From: Candidatus Woesearchaeota archaeon
Lineage (GTDB): Archaea > Nanobdellota > Nanobdellia > Pacearchaeales > GW2011-AR1
Assembly (NCBI GenBank): GCA_964514585.1
Contig: CAZETU010000008.1
Coordinates: forward strand, 1-12,557
Length of the DNA: 12,557 bases
Reading direction: 5' to 3'
Positions 1-6,488 of this stretch are shown here, piece by piece. Below the pieces are notes generated by a model. That model was not told where the DNA came from and ran no database searches. It was given only the letters and a program-made list of their open reading frames with translations. Both the position numbers and the translations under genes were made by a program. Within the stretch, counting starts at the first letter, position 1, and each line of letters starts with the position of its first letter.

Positions 1-10
1 ATTTATTCAT
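1..10 (-). CDS. Possible 5' end (MNK...) of the next cassette gene, running off the window
   Basis: Minus strand reads GTTAGCA (54-48), then a ~38-nt A-rich leader, then ATGAATAAAT at 10-1. This is the same layout as the other two cassettes. Only 3 codons are visible. Confidence 0.3.
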
Positions 11-47
11 TTTATACCTTTTGTGCTGTTTAGATTTCTGATATTTT

Positions 48-114
48 TGCTAACGATTAGTATATGAAGCGGAGCATCCCGCAGGGTGCTATGATTTCAT
101 ATACATTGTTAGCA
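48..114 (-). mobile_element. attC-like palindromic recombination site A (67 bp)
   Basis: TGCTAAC (48-54) and GTTAGCA (108-114) are inverted ends. Inner arms GTATATGAA (60-68)/TTCATATAC (96-104) and AGCATCCC/GGGTGCT also pair. It lies 18 nt after the SIMPL stop. Layout on the + strand is AAC-N5-GTATA...TATAC-ATT-GTT, the same as site B. Confidence 0.65.
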
Positions 115-132
115 CCTGTGCATGCTCATTTT

Positions 133-1041
133 TTATTTTTCTATATCAAATTTTATTTGAAGCATTAAAACAAATTCGACTGTCGGCTCAGTTACGATTG
201 GATTAATCACTTTATTAAAACCAGAGTAATTTATTTTGTCATAATAATATGTCGTGTTTTTCATTAAGTCTTTTCTCTTTCCAGAAGAACTATAGTTATA
301 ATATGCTTTGGTAATGTTTGGCGTATAACTTTTATAAAGTTGTTGAGGATAGAAGCTGTAAAATGATTCTCCGAATATTTCAGAGGATGATGACAGGGTG
401 ATATTGGTTGCTTTTACATATAATTCTTTTTTAATGTTGATTGCATCCATTGATGTCTGAAATAACTTTGTATAGACTTTATTTATGTCCGTTACGATGT
501 AGTCAACCTTCGCTAAATCATAAATCCCATAGTCAGCTGCTGTAACTATCATTTTATCAAGGTCTTTAATGTTTTTAAAACTTACAATTACATTTTTTTT
601 CTGCTCAAATCCGCTAACGTATTGCTCTGCATAATTTCCATTTACTTTATAATCAGATATTTGAGTTTGTGTTGTCATGTCTACATAAATGTCTGCCTGT
701 GCAATACCAATTTTTGTCAACGCTGAAATAAAATCTTGTATACGTTTGTCAATTTTTATGTTTGCGTCTTTTAATGTTGTTGAAGATTCTGAAACTCCAA
801 AAGTAGCTACATAACTGTCAGCTATGACATTTATTAAAACATTTGCTTGTATAACAAATGAGGTGTCCGACAAATAAAGTTTATCTACTGTTTGCGATTT
901 GTTTGTTTGGCTGTAATTGTAATGCTGTCCAATGACACTGTTACCACTCTGCTGTCCGAGAACTGTCAAAGCAAATAGAAATAATGTCGCACTGAAAATA
1001 GTTGTTTTCGATTTCATTTGATTAAAGTTTTTGTTATTCAT
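133..1041 (-). CDS. SIMPL (DUF541) domain protein, probably exported
   Basis: 302-aa ORF with a hydrophobic N-terminus (TTIFSATLFLFALTVLG). The segment VLINVIADSYVATFGVSE...IQDFISALTKIGIAQADI...GFEQKKNVIVSFKNIKDLDKMIVTAADYGI fits the SIMPL pattern. The true start may be the second Met (MKSKTT). Confidence 0.75.
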   Translation of the reverse strand: MNNKNFNQMKSKTTIFSATLFLFALTVLGQQSGNSVIGQHYNYSQTNKSQTVDKLYLSDTSFVIQANVLINVIADSYVATFGVSESSTTLKDANIKIDKRIQDFISALTKIGIAQADIYVDMTTQTQISDYKVNGNYAEQYVSGFEQKKNVIVSFKNIKDLDKMIVTAADYGIYDLAKVDYIVTDINKVYTKLFQTSMDAINIKKELYVKATNITLSSSSEIFGESFYSFYPQQLYKSYTPNITKAYYNYSSSGKRKDLMKNTTYYYDKINYSGFNKVINPIVTEPTVEFVLMLQIKFDIEK

Positions 1042-1079
1042 AAATAATTGTCCGATATTCTGTTGTCTTTTTGCATTGG

Positions 1080-1209
1080 TGCTAACGGTTTGTATAAGAA
1101 TAGTAGCCGACTGCGGTACTCAAATCTTTCAATTTACGAGGAAGTTGAAGCGGGCTACAACCATTGAATTTACTGCTATCTCGGCTATTATTTTTATACA
1201 TTGTTGTAG
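1080..1209 (-). mobile_element. attC-like palindromic recombination site B (130 bp)
   Basis: TGCTAAC (1080-1086)-GGTTT-GTATAAGAAT...ATTTTTATAC-ATT-GTTGTAG (1203-1209), with inner TAGCCGA (1104-1110)/TCGGCTA (1181-1187). It begins 8 nt after the DUF6155 stop. Its outer heptamers do not match each other but match the far ends of the two adjacent cassettes. Confidence 0.7.
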
Positions 1210-1217
1210 GGCGTATT

Positions 1218-1727
1218 TCATTCAAAATGTTCATAATATACATCTGCTAAATAATCGTGAAATCCCCAGCCAATATTTTTTGTTTCTTCAACTATTTCAA
1301 ATGCTCTGTCTTTATATTTACTTAAAATCCCTTCTTTGTCCATTAATTCAAGTGATGTTCCATAGGCGTTTTCAATGCTTGAATAGAAATTTTCATCAAT
1401 ATCTCCGAATTCATTGGTTAATTCCACGCCACACTCAACATAATACAATAACAAATCAGCGATACTTTCTTTTGAAGTTCCCAGTTTTTTAAAATCATTT
1501 ATTGCTTTTCTTGAAATTGACAATCTTAATCTATCCCCACGTTTTGGATAAAATCCTTCTCGAACTTTTTCTCTATATTGTTCCAGTATTTTACTTTCAT
1601 CTGGATTGATATAAAAGTCAAAATATTCTTTAACGGGTTTAAACTTCTTGTAGAGTTCTGAAATATGTTTTATCAAAGTCTCTTTTTCAAGTTTATTCAA
1701 TTCCGATTTTACTTCTCTTAGTCCCAT
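1218..1727 (-). CDS. DUF6155-like helical protein of unknown function
   Basis: 169-aa ORF. The pattern ELNKLEKETLIKHISELYKKFKPVKEYFDFY...KVREGFYPKRG...SISRKAINDFKKLG...IADLLLYYVECG resembles the Bacteroidota DUF6155 family (recognised by eye). It starts 5 nt after the upstream stop. Confidence 0.65.
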   Translation of the reverse strand: MGLREVKSELNKLEKETLIKHISELYKKFKPVKEYFDFYINPDESKILEQYREKVREGFYPKRGDRLRLSISRKAINDFKKLGTSKESIADLLLYYVECGVELTNEFGDIDENFYSSIENAYGTSLELMDKEGILSKYKDRAFEIVEETKNIGWGFHDYLADVYYEHFE

Positions 1728-1732
1728 AATTA

Positions 1733-2671
1733 TTATCCACCAATATTTTTCAATGAAAGATTTATCAATTCTTTTGTGTCTTCAAAATCCGTTATATTCT
1801 TGATTGTCAATTCCAAATCACCAGTTCCAAAATGTCCGATGTTTCTAACATCTCTTGCTTGTTTTGGCAGTTTTTCTATTTCGTCTGGATTTAATTTTAA
1901 GAAAAGCATTAACTTTTTTTTCTGTGTTTCAATACAAACAAAATTCTGCGTTGTTTTATATGCGATGTAATATTTCTTTGGTGTTTCTTCTATTGAACTA
2001 TCAAGGGTTACAATATATTCTCGAATTTCATTTAATAATTCGGTTAAATCGGCATTTACCTTATTGATATGTTCGTCAATAGCATAAATAGAATTCTTTC
2101 TTGTTTCTGCTGCTTTCTTTCCGGCGGCAACCATTACAGGATTTTTGCCATTGTTTTCAATCGAAGTTTGAGTTCTTGTTTCAGTTCTCTTATAAACCAC
2201 TTCAATACTGATTATTCCATTTTCATAAATCTTGTATTGCCAAAGTTCAATATTTGCACCCATAACTTGAACAGCGTGCAAATCATATTTTTTAAATTCA
2301 GGGGCAATACAAATTACTCTTATATCAGACCAGTCAACTTCAATATTTTCTTTCAGTACATTATTCACAGCTACTTGGAAATCTCCTTTATGGTCTGTAA
2401 TCCAATGTAGATAAAACAAACTTTGATTAATTAAGTCAGATGATGCAACTTTTTTATATTCAATTATTACAGGATTATTATCTTCTGAAATTGCTAATGT
2501 GTCAATTCTTCCAGAATGAATATTTCCAGTCGAAAATTCAGTTGCTATAAATCTACAATTGAAAAAGGTTTCTAAATTTTGTTCAACTAAATTCTGTAAG
2601 TCTTTTTCTAGTTTGAAATCAGTTGGTTTAATTCTGTTTACCTTTTTGTCTTTTATTTCAAATATTGCCAT
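1733..2671 (-). CDS. NucS/DUF91-like PD-(D/E)xK endonuclease domain fused to a C-terminal DUF5655 domain
   Basis: 312 aa. The N-terminal LEKDLQNLVEQN...GRIDTLAISEDNNPVIIEYKK carries the E...ID...ExK nuclease motif. The C-terminal KKYYIAYK...NFVCIETQKKKLMLFLKL...RDVRNIGHFGTGDLELTI is typical of DUF5655. Confidence 0.8.
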   Translation of the reverse strand: MAIFEIKDKKVNRIKPTDFKLEKDLQNLVEQNLETFFNCRFIATEFSTGNIHSGRIDTLAISEDNNPVIIEYKKVASSDLINQSLFYLHWITDHKGDFQVAVNNVLKENIEVDWSDIRVICIAPEFKKYDLHAVQVMGANIELWQYKIYENGIISIEVVYKRTETRTQTSIENNGKNPVMVAAGKKAAETRKNSIYAIDEHINKVNADLTELLNEIREYIVTLDSSIEETPKKYYIAYKTTQNFVCIETQKKKLMLFLKLNPDEIEKLPKQARDVRNIGHFGTGDLELTIKNITDFEDTKELINLSLKNIGG

Positions 2672-2695
2672 TAGTTTTGTTTTTCTTTATATGCC

Positions 2696-2756
2696 CTACA
2701 ACATCTGTATAAACGCCAGTTCCGTTTATTTCGTTTATAGCTATACCTTGTTATTT
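2696..2756 (-). mobile_element. Degenerate attC-like or attI-like site C at the head of the cassette array
   Basis: CTACAAC (2696-2702)-ATCT-GTATAAACG...CGTTTATAGCTATAC-CTT-GTTATTT (2750-2756). The spacer is 4 nt rather than 5 and the stem is imperfect. CGTTTAT direct repeats lie at 2723, 2732 and 2799. Confidence 0.5.
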
Positions 2757-2896
2757 ATTTGTAAATCATTAATAATGTTTAATAAAACCGACAACAAACG
2801 CTTATAGTCGTTTATTATCGGATAATATTGTTTTTAAACATTTAACAAATATAAACAAAAAATAAAGAAACCCCCTCTTTTAATTTCAATAAGAGC

Positions 2897-2923
2897 TTTT
2901 CAAAAGTTTCAAACTTTTGAAAA
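2897..2923. repeat. Perfect 13-1-13 palindrome (REP-like element or operator)
   Basis: TTTTCAAAAGTTT-C-AAACTTTTGAAAA in the divergent intergenic region. Confidence 0.7.
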
Positions 2924-2986
2924 ACTGCAAGCATATTATATTTATCAATTTCAACCTAAATTTTTTTAATGTAAAGATAAAAAATA

Positions 2987-3018
2987 TTTGGAATTTTAAA
3001 TCATTATCTGTATTTTTG
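2987..3018 (+). promoter_or_regulatory. Bacteroidota housekeeping-sigma promoter for the 174-aa gene
   Basis: TTTG (2987-2990)-N20-TATTTTTG (3011-3018) matches the TTTG-N19-21-TAnnTTTG consensus. Both elements are conserved in the second copy. Confidence 0.75.
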
Positions 3019-3099
3019 GTAAATACAAAAATATAGCCCTTTGTGGCTGTATTTAAGAAAACTAATCAAAATAATTAATTTATTTAAAAAACTTAAGTT

Positions 3100-3624
3100 A
3101 TGGCATTAGACAATTTAATTAAAGTATCGTTTACTGAAGAGGAAATTGGTAAACTAAACAAAAGTATGGAGGAAATAGTAAGTGTATTATCTGGCAAGGT
3201 TATAAACCTAACTCCCGAAGAACGCAGACAGTATGGTAGTATTGGCAATAATACTCAATACTGGATAGATAAAGTAGATACATATATGGTACAAAACCCA
3301 AAGCTTGTGCCTTTTTATTTGAGTAAAGAAGAATTTGACAAAGACAGGTTGGCTCGTAGTATATTTTTAGATTTGATAAAACAATCAAATAGTATTTTAG
3401 AAAGTATGGAAGATACCGGTATGTTGCTAAGTACCGATATTTATCATAATGCATTGGCATTTTACCAAAATGTGCGTTTGGCTGCAAATCAGAATGTGCC
3501 GGGTAGTACAAGCATTTATGAGGATTTGGCAGCACAGTTTCCTGGTCGTCCTGCATCAGTAACAGGCGAACCTGTTCCCGGCGCAGAAGTTTATATTGAG
3601 CAAGAAGACTCCGAAAATAAATAA
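3100..3624 (+). CDS. Conserved hypothetical alpha-helical protein, copy 1 (174 aa)
   Basis: ORF with its own consensus promoter and terminator. Motifs INLTPEERRQYGSIG, NPKLVPFYLSKEEFDKD and DIYHNALAFYQNVRLAANQNVPGSTSIYEDLAAQF resemble a widespread uncharacterised Bacteroidota family (recalled, not searched). No catalytic motif is recognisable. Confidence 0.85.
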   Translation: MALDNLIKVSFTEEEIGKLNKSMEEIVSVLSGKVINLTPEERRQYGSIGNNTQYWIDKVDTYMVQNPKLVPFYLSKEEFDKDRLARSIFLDLIKQSNSILESMEDTGMLLSTDIYHNALAFYQNVRLAANQNVPGSTSIYEDLAAQFPGRPASVTGEPVPGAEVYIEQEDSENK

Positions 3625-3645
3625 TTAAATATCTTATAAAATATT

Positions 3646-3674
3646 AAAGCTCCGAAAATCGGAGCTTTTTTTTT
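3646..3674 (+). terminator. Rho-independent terminator
   Basis: AAAGCTCCGA-AAA-TCGGAGCTTT stem followed by a T9 tract, 21 nt after the stop. Confidence 0.9.
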
Positions 3675-3693
3675 GAAAATAGTTAAATTGCAG

Positions 3694-3945
3694 TAAATAA
3701 GGCATAAAAAACCCTATTAGAACCTATAAAAAGTGGTTGAACAAGCTATAAAAAACCCTCCAATAAGCTATAAAAAGTGGTTCTGAACCTGTAAAAACTC
3801 GTAATAGACTACTTAAAAGTTGGGAATAAGGTGTAAATTATTATCTCTGTTGTTTTCTTAGCTCAATGTTCACGAGATATAGCCTGATAACTATATGATG
3901 AAACTTGGCTGTATCACGAAAGTGTAAAACTATATCACGAAAGTG
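3694..3945 (+). repeat. Non-coding ~21-22-bp periodic array downstream of copy 1
   Basis: TAAAA cores at 3705, 3727, 3749, 3771, 3792 and 3814, and a shorter TAAA at 3834. ATGAAAC at 3898. CAC-GAAA-GTG at 3915 and 3936 (21 bp apart). Confidence 0.8.
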
Positions 3946-3951
3946 AATAAT

Positions 3952-3972
3952 AACTTCAAACTTCTAAGTTCG
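3952..3972. repeat. Short 7-bp tandem repeat
   Basis: AACTTCA AACTTCT AAGTTCG. Confidence 0.5.
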
Positions 3973-4069
3973 TTCTAAAACATTCCGCCCCCACCAACAT
4001 TAATTTTTTCTATTGCTTATACGGGGTTCAACAATTTCATATCTTTCATTAAATTCATAAAAATTAAAT

Positions 4070-4077
4070 TAATTTTG
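4070..4077 (+). promoter_or_regulatory. Possible -7 promoter element for the TonB-dependent receptor operon
   Basis: TAATTTTG fits TAnnTTTG, but there is no good -33 TTTG at the expected distance. It overlaps the GTG at 4077, which favours a start at GTG 4098. Confidence 0.35.
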
Positions 4078-6461
4078 TGCAATTAATTTATACAATAGTG
4101 AATTTATTAAAAAAAATAAGCCTCTCCCTCCTGTTTATTATGCTATTGCATATAGCTTCTGCACAAAAACATACAATTAGCGGATATGTTAGAGACCTTA
4201 ATTCGGGCGAAGACCTTATTGGAGCAAATGTTTATATTAAAGAACTTTCAAAAGGAACAATTACAAATACTTACGGATTTTATTCTATTACAATTCCTGC
4301 CGGCAACTACAGCTTTGCAGTTTCGTTTATTGGATATAAGGATTACACAAAAAAGATTAAATTAGATAAGAATTATAAATTAAATGTTTCAATAGGTGAG
4401 AATATTATCACTACAGGAGAAGTAGTTGTAACAGGTGAACGTCCCGAAGATAATATTGAAAGCACACAAATGGGAGCTATAAAATTGCCTGTTGCAAGTA
4501 TTAAAAAGTTGCCTGCAATTTTTGGCGAAGTAGATATTCTAAAAACTATACAACTACTGCCGGGTGTACAATCGGGTGGAGAAGGTAATGCAGGTTTTTA
4601 TGTAAGAGGTGGCGGTCCCGATCAAAATCTTATTCTTTTAGACGAAGCTGTAGTTTACAATGCATCGCATTTATTTGGGTTTTTCTCGGTTTTTAACTCC
4701 GATGCTGTAAAAGATATTAATTTAATAAAAGGTGGTATGCCTGCACAGTATGGTGGCAGATTATCATCGGTACTTGATATTTCGATGAAAGAAGGCAATA
4801 TGAAAACTTATCATGTTGATGGCGGAATTGGACTTATAGCTTCAAGATTAACGTTTCAGGGTCCAATTAAAAAAGATACTTCTTCATTTATTATTTCGGG
4901 CAGAAGAACATATATAGATATTCTTTCTGAACCTTTTATTAAAAAAACTGCAAAAGCAAAAGGCAGTGGGTATTATTTTTACGATATTAATGCAAAATTT
5001 AATTATCGATTTTCTGATAAAGACAGAATATTTTTAAGCGGGTATTATGGTAAAGATGTTTTTAGTTTTGTGAAAAAGAAAGCCGGATTTGCGGTAAATA
5101 TACCTTGGGGAAATTCTACAGCATCGCTAAGGTGGAATCATTTATTTAACGATAAACTATTTGTAAATACAACTTTTGTTTATAGTGATTATAATTTTGA
5201 GTTTCAGGCAGAGCAAGACGATTTTGAAATGATAATGTTTTCGGGTATAAAAGACCTTAATACAAAAATTGACTTTACTTATTTACCACAAATCAGACAT
5301 AATATTAAATTTGGTATAAATCATATATATCATACTTTCACACCAAGCAGCGCAACAGCAAGAATTGGCGAAACAGAATTTGACACAGGCGATATAATAA
5401 AACAATATGCTCACGAAAGTGCAATATATATTAATGATGATTTTGATCTTACCGACCGATTTAAAATTAGTTTTGGCATACGTGGCTCTCATTTTATGCA
5501 AGTAGGTCCTTTTACAAGATATGTTCTTGACGATTTTGGCTTACATAAGGATACAATTGTATATGCAGCAGGAGAAAATATTGTAGAATATCAACATTTA
5601 GAGCCACGTTTATCTATGCGGTATTCTTTTAATTCAACAACATCAATAAAAGCAGCATATACTCAAAACTATCAGTATATTCATCTTGCGGCTATCTCAT
5701 CGGTTTCTTTACCTACCGATGTTTGGGTTCCGAGCTCCACTTTGGTTAAACCTCAGTTTGGCACTCAATATGCAATTGGATTTTTCAAAAATCTGTTCGA
5801 TAATAAATTTGAAACATCAATAGAATTATATTATAAAAACCTTCAAAATCAAATATCATACAAAGAAGGTATGACCCCCGGCGATGATGCAGGAAATAAT
5901 TCTGATGCTAATTTTACTTTTGGACTTGGAGAATCATACGGAGTAGAATTATTTATTAAAAAGCGAATTGGAAGAACTACCGGCTGGATAGGTTATACAA
6001 TATCAAAAACAACAAGATTATTCGATGAAATTAATAACGGAATAAGATATCCTGCTAAGTACGACAGAACTCACGATTTGTCTGTAATAGCTACTCACGA
6101 AATTAATGACCACTGGTTTGCTTCGTTTATATTTATATACGCAACAGGCAACAGAGCTACAATGACAATAGGCAGATACATGATAGACGGTAGAGTAATT
6201 TCAGAATATGGCACACATAACGGATATCGCATGGATGCATACCACAGAGCTGATGTTTCGGTTACTTACGAAAGAAAAAAGAATAAGAAATTTCATTCAT
6301 CGTGGACATTATCAGTGTATAATCTTTATAATCGCTATAATCCATACTTTATTTATTTCGATACAGAAGGGGATTTATACGACGGCACATTACAAACAAA
6401 AGCATTTCAGGTATCTTTATTTCCTATATTACCATCAATAACATGGAATTTTAAATTTTAG
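4077..6461 (+). CDS. TonB-dependent outer-membrane receptor with N-terminal carboxypeptidase-regulatory-like domain
   Basis: 794 aa. Signal peptide (KKISLSLLFIMLLHIASA), N-domain ISGYVRDLNSGEDLIGANVYI...TITNTYGFYSITIP, plug QLLPGV...FYVRGGGPDQNLILLDEAVVYN...YGGRLSSVLDI, and C-terminal aromatic barrel strand SITWNFKF. The likely start is GTG 4098. Confidence 0.92.
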   Translation: MQLIYTIVNLLKKISLSLLFIMLLHIASAQKHTISGYVRDLNSGEDLIGANVYIKELSKGTITNTYGFYSITIPAGNYSFAVSFIGYKDYTKKIKLDKNYKLNVSIGENIITTGEVVVTGERPEDNIESTQMGAIKLPVASIKKLPAIFGEVDILKTIQLLPGVQSGGEGNAGFYVRGGGPDQNLILLDEAVVYNASHLFGFFSVFNSDAVKDINLIKGGMPAQYGGRLSSVLDISMKEGNMKTYHVDGGIGLIASRLTFQGPIKKDTSSFIISGRRTYIDILSEPFIKKTAKAKGSGYYFYDINAKFNYRFSDKDRIFLSGYYGKDVFSFVKKKAGFAVNIPWGNSTASLRWNHLFNDKLFVNTTFVYSDYNFEFQAEQDDFEMIMFSGIKDLNTKIDFTYLPQIRHNIKFGINHIYHTFTPSSATARIGETEFDTGDIIKQYAHESAIYINDDFDLTDRFKISFGIRGSHFMQVGPFTRYVLDDFGLHKDTIVYAAGENIVEYQHLEPRLSMRYSFNSTTSIKAAYTQNYQYIHLAAISSVSLPTDVWVPSSTLVKPQFGTQYAIGFFKNLFDNKFETSIELYYKNLQNQISYKEGMTPGDDAGNNSDANFTFGLGESYGVELFIKKRIGRTTGWIGYTISKTTRLFDEINNGIRYPAKYDRTHDLSVIATHEINDHWFASFIFIYATGNRATMTIGRYMIDGRVISEYGTHNGYRMDAYHRADVSVTYERKKNKKFHSSWTLSVYNLYNRYNPYFIYFDTEGDLYDGTLQTKAFQVSLFPILPSITWNFKF

Positions 6462-6488
6462 TTTTAATTTTGCTTTTCAAAACAATTA

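Larger units (their letters stand above)
2979..3713 (+). repeat. Left arm of long inverted duplication (partner 8857-9769)
   Basis: 3074-3624 is identical to the reverse complement of 9124-9674 (551 bp, compared by eye). 2979-3073 has 7 substitutions. 3618-3713 matches 8857-8952 with a few changes. Confidence 0.95.

Noticed and set aside
1031-1492. 153-aa + strand ORF from the track
   Set aside because: It runs through palindromic site B and antisense to the DUF6155 gene, with no recognisable features.
1776-2807. Small + strand ORFs (1776-1970, 1855-2067, 2069-2410, 2559-2807)
   Set aside because: They are antisense shadows of the NucS/DUF5655 gene or run across site C.
3200-3556. 118-aa antisense ORF and its twin at 9075-9548
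   Set aside because: Both are shadows of the 174-aa gene. Their identity only reflects the duplication, and the 157-aa version starts inside the palindromic insert.
3100-3624. The 174-aa gene as the integron integrase or a DGR component
   Set aside because: It is too short, has no R-H-R-H-Y tyrosine recombinase motif, and there is no reverse transcriptase. The two copies have no adenine-specific differences.
3694-3945. CRISPR or TIGR-type guide array interpretation of the periodic arrays (also 8444-8875)
   Set aside because: The constant part is only 5-7 nt, the units are ~21 nt, variable parts recur and are related to each other, and no cas or recognisable Nop-domain gene is present.
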